In this document: positions 21,662 to 32,127 of the stretch, in pieces
Layout of the letters: each line of letters starts with the position of its first letter
Numbering within the stretch: position 1 is the stretch's first letter
From: Cyanophora paradoxa CCMP329
Lineage: Eukaryota > Plantae > Glaucophyta
Direction: 5' to 3'
Assembly: GCA_004431415.1 (NCBI GenBank)
Contig: QPMI01000025.1
Coordinates: 1-39,420, forward strand
DNA length: 39,420 nt
Notes under the pieces: generated by a model
Seen by the model: only the letters and a program-made list of their open reading frames with translations
Databases searched by the model: none
What the model was told of the DNA's origin: nothing
Position numbers and translations under genes: made by a program

Positions 21662-21736
21662 ACACATAGGGATACCCCTGATCCAAGCCTGTAGGCCGAA
21701 GGCCGGAGGGCTTGGATCAGGGGTATCCCTATGTGT
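21662..21736 (+). other. Terminal fold-back hairpin of element 2 (28-bp perfect arms, GGCC-GAA-GGCC cap)
   Basis: ACACATAGGGATACCCCTGATCCAAGCC (21662-21689) + TGTAGGCCGAAGGCCGGAG + exact reverse complement (21709-21736). Confidence 0.92.
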
Positions 21737-22047
21737 GCCGACCCCCGGGCAGGTGATCCTGGCGGGCGTCTCGGGCATGATGGGCTTCATCTCCTTCCAC
21801 GAGCTCGTCCCGACCGCCCAGCGCCACATCCCCCCCATGCACGCCTCCCTCGCCGTCGTCTCGGGGATGGCCGTGATATCGTTCTCCGTGTTTTTGCTAG
21901 GAATGTCATCTTAGCCCGCGTGTCCCGCCCCCGCACACCCTCCTTCCCGCCAGACCGGTACCGCCAGACCACTAGCAGCCTAAGTAACGGACTATCGCAA
22001 CTGGTATTCATTTATTTCAGTCGCTACGAAGATGTTCTATTCTACAA
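21737..22047 (+). repeat. 311-bp direct duplicate of 25131-25441 (end of last intron, last exon and 3' flank of ZIP gene)
   Basis: Identical by eye from GCCGACCCCCGGGCAG to GTTCTATTCTACAA. Offset is 3394 bp. Confidence 0.95.
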
Positions 22048-22755
22048 TGCGCACATCCTGTCCTTCCAATGAACACGCTTATCGAGGTATGCGCGTCGCT
22101 CGCGGAGCCCTTGCAGAGTGCGACGTTGCGTCAGGTGGAGAACACCGCAAACGGGAACAAGGTTGTCGTTCGCGTCAACGATCGCGGCCCTTATGCGGAT
22201 ACGCCAGAGGGAGACCCGCGAATCATCGATCTGTCCCACGGCGCCGCCAAGTACGTGCCGTGCTGACAGGTGTCACGCAAGTGCTCACGGTCCTCCTCCG
22301 CAGCCTGCTCAAGATGCTCCGGTCCGGAGTCTCTCCCGTTAAGCTCCGTGTCCTTCGGTGGCCGGAGAGCATCGACCGCGTGCGGGGGGTCGAAGCGTAC
22401 CGCCAGGTCTGCCGCCCGATCAGCCGGCCGCCGCTGCGCCACTGCTGATGCAGCCCTCGCGTAGTGGGTGGTGCAAGTTGGCTCCTTCGAAACACAAAAG
22501 CACGCGGAGATGCACGTGGCGGCGATGCAAAAGAAATGCCCGTGGGCCAGTGAGCTCTTCATGGTCGACCGGGCCCCGGCTCTCAGCGCCACAACGTCGT
22601 TACCGCTCCCCAGGCAAGCTTCTTTTCTATTTCCCCAGTTCAATTGGATCGCCGGCCTGACGGCATCGCAGCCCGATAGCGCAGCGTGCTACGAGCTCGC
22701 GGAACGGTTCAAGCAGGCGGGCGTCAAGACTTTGGTCACTAACCTCCGCAAATGA
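22048..22755 (+). pseudogene. rlpA: Spliced RlpA-like lytic transglycosylase (DPBB + SPOR), 5'-truncated
   Basis: Removing GT-AG introns 22087-22134, 22251-22303 and 22407-22464 gives CAHPVLPMNTLIE-VENTANGNKVVVRVNDRGPY..RIIDLSHGAANLLKMLRSGVSPVKLRVL..WVVQVGSF. The N-terminal ASWYG/TA.GE part is absent. Confidence 0.8.
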
Positions 22756-23650
22756 GTCTTGTCGTCGGCCTTTCTTCTTTCCACGTCCGCGGCGGTCCCC
22801 TGCCGATGACTTCTTTTGCGTTCCTTCTTCGCTTTCCGATCAAGCCTCCGCTTGCTACGAAGAGATGTATTCTAGTTTTGTTGTCTCGCGGGCGTTTCAG
22901 GCTTCGTGGGATTTAGCAGTACATGCATCGCCTCCCAGCTGCAGCTCCCGTGATTTAGTTCATATAGGCCCTGGGTTTTGAAGTTTCTGTCCGGTGTAGG
23001 TTCGACATCAGCGTATATTAGAGATAGATGACCGTCTGTAGTAAATCTATGTAAATGAAATCGCTGATTCCTCGGCTGGATCGGCCGATTGCAACGTTAC
23101 AGATAGCTGAAAACGTAACGGCGGGGGGGCGGGGGGGCTCCTTATGCAAATCACGCTTCGTAGTTGTCAAAGTATCACGATACCATGGCCCATCGATATC
23201 TAGATCTATCACGAAATAATCGTAAAGGTAGAAAATTGACGATACGAGCTAGTCGCGCGCGAAACTAAACGCGAGGGGCGCGCCGACCGCGCGGCTAGCT
23301 TAAAGCTTGGAGCCGACTAGCCGCTGAGCTTGGAGCCGCCCGCGCGAGCTAGCTTGGATTATCTCGAATTCAACGCGTAATCGCAGCTGCAGGGCGGCAT
23401 TCTTAGCTATAGCTTTAGCGCAACTGCCGTTCGAAAGAGCTAAAGCGGGCGGTGCGCACGCGCGCGACCGGCCATTATAAACTCGGCTCGCGGCGGCACA
23501 GCCAGAGCGCGCAATCCGATCGCTGAGCTCGCCAACAGAAGGCGTATCTGCTGCACGCACCAAGCGGGAGGACCGGAGGAGCGCTGCGGCGCGGTCGCGG
23601 ACTTCGCGGCTTCGCGTGCGCACGCGCTGCTGGCGCCATCGGAGAGGCGC

Positions 23651-25308
23651 ATGCCGAAGAGAATGTCGACCTCCGGCGCACACGAGACGGCGAGGGCCGG
23701 AGACAGTCATTCGACCTCGACCTGAATGATGAAAAGCCCAAAGACTCCCCGCGGCACCGCGCTACCATCACAGTGGACCAGGATGTGAGCATAGCGCACG
23801 TCCTTCGCGATCCCTACATCGGTGCGCGCTGCCCGCGCGCGGGGCGGGCGGCGCGGTGACAGACGGGCGGGCGCCTGTCGACGGGCGCAGGTGGCCGCTG
23901 CTGATCCTCGCGCTGGCGCTGCTCTCGCAAACGCGCTACGTGGGCCTTGGGAGTACATGGGCTTCGAAAACGGCGCCGGCTTCAACGCCATCTTACTGAC
24001 CCTCACTAGCGGCATCTCCACGGGCCCGCCCCGACCCCTCCCCACCCCGCCCCGCGGCCGCCGGCCTGAGGCGGCGGCGGCGGCGCAGGGATCGGGGCCT
24101 GATTGTGGTGCTCTGGCCGGGCGTCGGCCGCCGCGAGGTCGCCGCCTCGATGGCCTTCGTGAGCGCTACCCCCGCGCCTTGGCCAGCCCGCGGGGCGCTG
24201 GGGCGAGCGTGCGGGGCAGGCCGGGGCGTGATGATCTACCTCGCCTTCGTGGAGATGATGCCCGAGGCCCTCGCCGAGGCCCGCCCCGCCCCGCCCCGCC
24301 CCGCCCCGCCCCGGCGGCACCGGAGGGGCAGCGCCCTGACCCCCGCCGCAGGTGGGGCACCTCAAGGTCCCCGCCCCCGCCCCGCCCCCGCCCCCGCCCC
24401 CCGCCCCGGCTTGCGGGTGGGGGCGCGGGTGAGGCGGGCGGCAGGCGAACGGGGCGATGTTCGCGGGGATGGGCCTCATCGCCGTGCTCGTGACCGTCCT
24501 CCCCGACCCCGACGTCCACCTCGACGCCTCCGCCGACGAGGCCCGCCCCGCCCCGCGCCCCACGCCCCCGCACCCGACCCCCCGCCCCGCAGGTCCGCCG
24601 CCACATGCTCCGCATCGGCTACCACACCGCCATCGGTGCGCCGCCGGGCCCGGGGCCCCCGCTTGGGCGCGGGGCGAGTGGATGCAGGGCTGGCGGCGCA
24701 CAACATGCCGGAGGGCGTGGCGGTCTTCATGGCGTGCCTCCGCGGCCAGCGCACCGGCCTCCTCCTCATGCTCGGCCCGCCCCGCCCCGCCGCCGCCCCG
24801 CGCCCCGGCGCCCTGAGGCGGGGGGGCAGCGATGGCGCTGCACAACGTGCCGGAGGGGGTGGCGGTGGCGATGCCGATCTACGCGGCGACGGGCTCCCGC
24901 TGGCTCGCCCTCCGCTTCTCCCTCATCTCCGGCCTCGTCGAGCCCGTGCGCCCCGCCCCCGCACCCGCCCCGCCCCCGCCCCGCTGAGCGCCCCGGCCCC
25001 GGCGCTGGCGGCAGGTCTCGGCGGTCGCCGTCGGCTTCGGCTTCTCCCGCTTCCTCACCCCCAGCGCCGTCAAGGCCCGCCCCGCCCCGCCCCGCCCCGC
25101 GCCCCGCGCCCCGCCCCGCCGCGCGCAGGGGCCGACCCCCGGGCAGGTGATCCTGGCGGGCGTCTCGGGCATGATGGGCTTCATCTCCTTCCACGAGCTC
25201 GTCCCGACCGCCCAGCGCCACATCCCCCCCATGCACGCCTCCCTCGCCGTCGTCTCGGGGATGGCCGTGATATCGTTCTCCGTGTTTTTGCTAGGAATGT
25301 CATCTTAG
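23651..25308 (+). CDS. ZIP-family (ZupT/GufA-like) metal transporter, about 11 exons; start uncertain
   Basis: Spliced product contains [61 protein letters not shown] and [15 protein letters not shown]. Stop TAG at 25306-25308. Single-G losses in G-runs near 24095 and 24224 break the frame (probable sequencing errors). Confidence 0.85.
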
Positions 25309-26889
25309 CCCGCGTGTCCCGCCCCCGCACACCCTCCTTCCCGCCAGACCGGTACCGCCAGACCACTAGCAGCCTAAGTAACGGACTATCGCAACTGGTA
25401 TTCATTTATTTCAGTCGCTACGAAGATGTTCTATTCTACAAGAAACACGAGAAGTTGTTCGCGGCGCAATACGCCTCACTCTCGCGCTCGTTAGGTGACA
25501 CACAGCGTGACACGGCGAACATATCCGCAACGGATATGTTCCCGCGTCTCGGCAGGTAGGAACGATGTGTAAACGAAACTGCGATAAGAAGGCGTGGGGT
25601 AGCTTGGAGGTGGCGGCCGGGGGCTGGCCATCCACGCAGCGGTCGAGAGCGTGCAGACGAATCAAGCATTCACTGCCAGCACAGCCCCTGGCGCGCATTG
25701 AGCAGAGAGCTGAAAGCGCGACAGCAGCTGCGCTGGCAGCAAACGATGGCGTCGCCATCAGGTTCCGGCAGCTAGCCTGGTCGAGGGGTCAGGGGCATGG
25801 TGGCACGGGCGGGCTCGTGAGACGGCGGCGGCGCACTGCGGCAGGAGCGAACCTCGCGGGGTCGAAGCAATGGAGAAGCGGGCGTCGGACTTGGCGGCGC
25901 GCACGATCGCTCCCAGGAGTCCGCTCGAGCTCCCGTGGTGTACAGCTTCACACCGAAGAAGTGCCGCTCTCCCGGGGCTGCTACTATACTCCATTCCGGA
26001 TATCGATGCAGTTTCGAACGGCGTCGCCGCGGCGTTCTGCGGCTGCTGGAATCCGGGAAGCGCCGGCCTGAGCTTCTGGTTCTTTAACCCGTTAACCCCG
26101 TTCTTCTGGTTCGGGACGAGCGCGAGGCACCCCGGCCGCGGCCCATGGCCAGGGCTGGCGACGCCGAAGTCAGCGGTTGCGGGGATCCGCGGCCGGAGTG
26201 CGTGCGCGCGAGCAAAAATCTCGCAACGAACCCGTGGGATCCTCAATGGCGAGGGCGAGGCCTCTGCGGGCGCGGAGGGTTCGACGCTGGGTCACTCGGG
26301 AGCTCGAGTCGGGAGTCGGGACGTCGACTGGCCATGGGAGTCGGCGCGCGCCGCGCGCGGCCGGAGGAACGCGACGCTTCGCGCTGCGGCGCCTGCGATG
26401 CGCACTTGCCCGCGGCTGAGGTTGCGCATGATGCTACGCTCGCCGAGTCGGCCGTGCCTTTCCGCGTTCCAGGTTAACGCGCGCGAAACGGCCGGCTAAG
26501 GGCGGCCAGGGTCAAACTCAACCGCCAGGTTCGAACTCTAACAGGCTCTCCAGAAGCGAGATCCGTGTAAAGCGGCGGCTGCTCACCGGTTTCGCAAAGT
26601 TGATCAGCCGAGCCGGGTACAGCGGCAAAGTTCATCAGCCGCAACTTGGCAAAGATGCCGGCATGAGGCGGCACTCGCCTCAGTTTGTCCTCTAGGATCC
26701 CAGCAACTTGACTGGCCAGCGACGTCTGCCGCCGGCCGCCGGAGCTCCGACCAACGCGCCGAGTCGCCGGTCGCAGGCCGCGTTATCGGGCCGGTGAAGG
26801 CGGACGGCCGTGTCGTGCTTGAGACAGGTGGCGCTGTCTTCCGTTGCTGGACTGCCGCTGCGACGAGGGCGCGTCGGAGCTTCTCGCGA

Positions 26890-29800
26890 TGCCTGACGCC
26901 GACCACGCCGCTGCGCCTCGCGGTGCGCACGAAGCAGCCCTAGCGCGGGGATTCGCACCGGGTCGCTCGGGGCGGGCGTGGCGTCTGACCGGAGGCGGGC
27001 CGGCAGGTGCGGCGGGCCGGCTGGACGAGGCCGGCGCGGTGGCTCCGGAGACGGAGCAGGCGGTGGACGGCGCCGGGGGCTTCGGGTGGGAGGCCGCCGC
27101 GGGGGATGACCCGCTGAGAATCGCCGCCGCCGACGCGCCCGGCGTCGTCGCCGCCGCCGCCCTCGTCCCCTCGCCCCCGCCCCCGGCCCCGGCCCCGGCC
27201 TATGCCCCGCCGGCCGCGGCCTACCCTCAGCCGGCTGCTGCGTACTCGCAGCCGGTCTCACCCGGCCCGGCGCCCGCATATGCAGCACCGGCCGCTGCCC
27301 CTGCACCTGCTGTGGCCCCGGCTCCGGTCCCGGTAGCTGCCCCGGCCGCTCCCCCGGCCCCGGTCGCTGCCCCGGCTGCGGTTTCGGCGCCGGCCCCGGC
27401 CCCGGCCCCAGCTGCAGCCCCGGCTGCCACTCCGGGCGGAGGGGGATACATGCCGCCGCTGCCGGCGCTGCCGATCGCGGCGACGGCGCTGGCGCTCCCC
27501 CCCGGCTGGCCTGCCCGCCCTCCCTTTCCCATCGGCAAGGAGGCGACCGTCACCGGCGCGCCGCCCCCGCGCACCCTCCCTCCGCCCCCGGCCCCGCTCC
27601 GGCGGAGGCGGCGGGCGGGGCCAGGGCCGGGAGCTGCGGGGCGGGACGGGGCGCTGCGGGAGGCGCTCTCGCGGGCGGAGGTGCAGGCCGCCCTCCTCAG
27701 CGCCGCCAAGGTCCCCGGCCCCGCCCCGTCCCCCGCCCGCCTGCTCTCCTCCTCGTCTCCTGAGGCGCGCCGGCGGGTGGCAGGGGGCGGGGCGGGCCCG
27801 GCGGGGCGGCGCTGCAGGAAGCGGTGTCGGCGCTGCGGGAGGCGCTCGAGGCCGCCACGACGACTGGCGCGACGACGCCGAAGGCGGCGACGACGGGGCC
27901 GGCGGGGCGGGGCGGCGGGGCGGCGGGGCGCGGGCGGCGGGCCGCTGGGGGCGGTGCTGGAGGGGCCGGCGTGCAGCGCGCCCTCGCCGCCGCCATCGCC
28001 GCCTCGGGCCCGCGCGCCGCCGCCCTCCTCCGCGAGGCCGACGCCAAGCTCCAGGCCGCCCTGCGCGCCGGCGCCGGGGCCGCCCCGCTGCCGGCGGGGC
28101 CGGGGCGGCGGCGGCTCCTTCCCGGGGCCCGACGGCGACGCGGATGACGGCGACGGGGACGACGACGAGGGCGGTGGCGCCGGCTCGGGTGCGGGGGCGG
28201 GCGCGGGGCGGCGCCGGCGACGGTGAAGGCGGGGCGGTGCTGTGGGCGGAGCTGCGCGGGGTGAACGCGGGGTGACGAGGGGGAGGTGCGGGGGCGGTGG
28301 AGGCGGGCCTGCGGGCGGCCGGGCCGGCGACGCGGCGGCGCTCGCGGGGCGCTGGCGCGGATCCACGGGGACGTGGCGGGGCCGGGGTGACCCCCGCCGG
28401 CGACTCCGAGCTCCTCGTCATCAACGCCCTCCTCGAGCCCCCGCCCCGCCCCGCCCCGCGCCCGGCCTCGGGCTCGGGGTCGTGACGCGCGGGACGTGCG
28501 GGGGCGGTGGGGGAGGCCCTGCGCGCCGCCGGCCCGACGGCGCCCTCGCCCTCGCCCTCGCCCTCACCCGCGTCCACGCCTACGCCCCGCGCCCGGCGCT
28601 CCAAGGCCCCCCACCGACCCCCGCCCCACCCCCGCCCCGCCTCAGCTCCGGCCAAACCGCTCGCACCAGTTCCCGCTCCCGCCAAAGTCCCCGCACCAGC
28701 CCCGCCGCCGGCCAAGGCAGCGTCTCCCGCGCCGGCGAAGCCGCCCGCCCGGCGCCGGCGAAGGCGGCGGCCCCCGCGAAGGCAGCCGCGCCCGCGCCAG
28801 CGGCGGCGGCGGCGGAGGCGGAAGAGGACGACGACGACGCGGATGGGACGGCGAGGGCCGCGCCCGGCCAAGGCCGCCCCGGCGGCGGCGGCGTCGCCGG
28901 CTCGGGCGCGGGGCTGACGGTGGAGGACGTGGAGAAGGCGGTGGTGAAGGCGCTGGCCAAGGGGGCCCCCGCCACGGCGGCTTCCCTCGCGTCCGCACAG
29001 GCCGCCATCGACAAGGCCCTCGCCGTCCGCCCCGCCCCGCCCCGCCCCGCCCTCGAGGCGCCCGGTGTGAGGCGGGGGGGCGCAGGGGGCGCAGGCCGGC
29101 TCGCTGGCGCCGGGGGACCTGGCGAAGGCGCTGGGCGGGCTGAACGCGACGCTCGCGGGGGGCCTGCGGGCATCTCCGAGGCCCAGAGGTACATGCTCCA
29201 GGTCATCCTCGCCAAGACCGAGGGTCCGCCCGCCCCCCAGCCCCGCCCCGCGCGCCCCGCGCTGAGCGGCGGGGCGCAGTGGCGAAGCGCGCGGTGACGA
29301 CGGCGGAGAAGGCGGCGGCGGCGGCCTCGAGCGCGGCGACGAGCGCGGCGGACACGGCGAAGCACGTGGCGAGCGCGACGGAGACGAGCGCGAAGCTGGC
29401 GGCGACGGCGCAGGAGGCGGCGACGATGGCTCTCGACGCGACGCGCTCCGTCGGGCGGGAGCTGACGCAGGCGGCGACGTCGACTGCCGCGTCGGCGGCC
29501 AAGGCGGCGGGGGCCACGGTGGACCTCGCGGCGGGCACGCAGGAGGCGAGCGTGCAGATCGCCCGGGCGGTGGAGGCCGCGGCGCGCGAGGCGGCGGGTC
29601 GGCCAAGGCGGCGGCGGGGTCGGCCAAGGCGGCGGCGGGGCGGTGGACGGGGCGGCGCCCGAGCTCGCCGAGGCCGTCGACGGGCGCGCCCGCCCGCCCG
29701 CCCGCCCCGCCCCGCCTTCCGCCGCTGAGAGGCGGCGCAGGGCGCTGCGGGCGGTGATCAACTCGAAGTTCCCCAAGGCGCCGAGGGCGACGTGCGCCGC

Positions 29801-31044
29801 CCCGCCCGCCCGCTAGCCGGCGGGAGCCGAGGCGGGGGCGCAGGAGTCGGCGGCGCGGGCGGCGAGCGCGCGGGCGATTGAGCGCGCCGTGGGGCGCCTC
29901 GCGGAGCTGCTCGACCGGCCCGGGAGGCGGCGCAGGGCGCCCCGCGCCCGGCGGGGCGGACGAGGACGGGGACGGTCTCGACGAGGGCCTCGACGAGGAG
30001 GGCGGCGGCGCGGGCCCCGCGGAGGTCAAGGCCGCCGAGGAGCGCCTCGGCAAGCACCTCGGCAAGATCGCCGACCTCGCCACACGCGACCGCGCCGCCT
30101 CCGCCGCCGCCGCCGCCGCCGCCAAGCACGCCGCCGAGGCGGCCGCCAAGGCGGCGGGGGCGGCGGCCGAGGCGGGGCGAAGCTGGGGCGCTGGGGAGCG
30201 AGATCGCGGCGCTCAAGGCGGTGGTGCAGCAGGCGGCCTTCGCGCGGGCGCTCGCCGCCGACCAGGCGGCCGAGGCCAAGGCCGGGGAGGCCAAGGCGGC
30301 GGCGGCGCGGGCGGCGTGGGAGAAGGCGACGGGCCCCGCCAAGGCGCTCGTCTGCGGGCCCTCCATGAAGGCCTCCCTCACCAAGCTCATGTCGTGCGGC
30401 CCCGCCCCGCACAGCCCTCAAAACCCCCAGGCGCGGGCGGCGGCTGAGAGCGGGCGGGGGCGCAGGAAAGCGACGGTAGCGCCGGTGGGCTTCCCCGCGA
30501 GCTACGTGGAGCACTTCCTGGACCTGGCGCGGGGCGGGGCGGCCAAGGCGGTCACGGCGGGGGCGCGCCACGTCGGCAAGCAGGTCCCCGCCGCCCTCGA
30601 GGCGCTCAAGGCCCTCGCGGGGGGCCTGGACGCCTCGGGCAACGGCTGGGTCGAGGAGCGCGAGGTCGCCGCCTTCTTCGAGGGCGGCGCGTGCGCGGCC
30701 GCCCTGGAGCGCGCCCTCGCCCGCCCGAGGGCCCGCCGCCCACCCCGTCGCCCGCCTCGTCAAGGTCCCCGACGCCCCCGCCCCGCGCCCCCGGCCTCGC
30801 CCGCCGCTGACGCGCCCCGCAGGCGCTGGGCGCGGGGCCGGGGGCCAAGGAGGTGGACCACGCCCCGTACAGGGCCGGCGGGGAGGAGGCCGGGGCCGCG
30901 CTGCTGGACGCGGGGCTGGGCGAGGAGGCCGGGGAGGCGTGGGGCGGCCTCGAGGGGGGCCCCGCGGGAGGCGACGAGGCGGTCGACGCCCTCGGCCTCC
31001 ACTGGGGCCACCCCGGCAGCCTCCTCGGCGGCATCCACGCCTGA
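26890..31044 (+). CDS. Multi-exon Ala/Pro-rich protein of unknown function with an EF-hand-like motif near the C-terminus; boundaries approximate
   Basis: Exon-like blocks (ELLVINALLE, VEDVEKAVVKALAKG, YMLQVILAKTE, LGKHLGKIADLATRD, LDASGNGWVEEREV) alternate with (GCCCC)n..CTGA..GCAG introns on the + strand. Confidence 0.45.
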
Positions 31045-32127
31045 CCCCTCCCGCCCCGCCCCCACCTGCACCCGCCACGCCGTAAGCTACTTTAGGACAT
31101 CATTTCATGCAGAAATCGAACTTCGGATTGAACAGTGCATCAATCACTAACTCAGGAAGTCGCGTTGCAAAAGTTGAGGGGTTTTGAACGGGCAGAGGGC
31201 GAGCTGAGGTGGGCTTCAGAACTCGGAACGTCTAGAGCGGAGAAACTTGGGAACGTCACACGCGTACGGCGTCAAAGTTGCGAAACTTCGGGAGGGACGC
31301 GCGCGACTTCACGTGGCTTGGCAAGCCTTGAAGGGCGCCGGGGGGGATCCGGACCGTCGGACCCGGGGTCGCCAATTGCAAGTTGTTTCAAGTTTCCCGA
31401 ACTTTGACTTGGATCCGGAAACCTTTGAAATTCCAGGAGGGGTTTGGCGAGGCTTAACCATCAGAAGGCTTGGCTCAAATCCCGAAATTTGGAGGGCCAC
31501 TGGCCATGGGGTTCAACGGTTACTAGCCATTTGCATGTACCACTGCACGGCAGGGGAGCTCGCAGGCCGACGGTGATCATGAGGGATCTGACGGTCGCCG
31601 TGAGTCCGACGGTCGTTTGGCAGGACAGGATCCGGACATTGTGACAATCATTGAATCGTTCTGAACTTCGGAAGGGGGCTCCGGATCCCCGGCGGGGCCC
31701 GGCCCGGGGACGCCGGCTGTTGCCCCAGTGCCACGGTGCCAGCGCTAACTAGATCTGGTCCGATGGAACCGTTGGAATCTTGAGTCTCGGAGGACCCGTT
31801 CTCTTTGAAATGGAACTCACTGAGTCAAGTGGATTCTAAATCTAAACCTGGAAGCCGAGGACTACGGGATCGGACTCCGGGATCGGAGCTAGATCTCAGA
31901 TCCGATGATCTCGAGCCTCGGAGTATGGCCTCCAGCCTGGCTCAGTGGAAAATCTCTCAGTCTGTAGCTAATGCGAAGTCGGCGTCTGGCCAGGAGCCTC
32001 GGAGCTCTAGATATGCCTTGGTGCATGCGCAGGCCAATCACGACGGCTACTTCACGACAAGAATTCTGCGGCCTTAACCGCAGAATCGGGCTGAGACGTC
32101 GATCATCGGACACTGAAAGATGTGCGA

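Larger units (their letters stand above)
14756..21736 (+). mobile_element. Polinton/Maverick-like element 2, right-hand portion (interrupted by element 1)
   Basis: Primase-helicase, pPolB and integrase are homologous to those of element 1 but clearly diverged. Ends in TATGTGT at 21736, and host-duplicated sequence begins at 21737. Confidence 0.85.

Noticed and set aside
21660-21738. Hairpin 2 extending to 30-bp arms
   Set aside because: The extra right-hand GC belongs to the host duplicate starting at 21737, and hairpin 1 stops at 28 bp, so the extension is treated as coincidental.
21737-22047. 311-bp duplicate as a target-site duplication or TIR
   Set aside because: Both copies lie on the same side of the element and are far longer than an RVE-type TSD.
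31180-32000. Lower-GC intergenic stretch with recurring GGATCCGG and GAACTTCGG motifs, possible transposon relic
   Set aside because: I could not define termini, a TSD or coding similarity.
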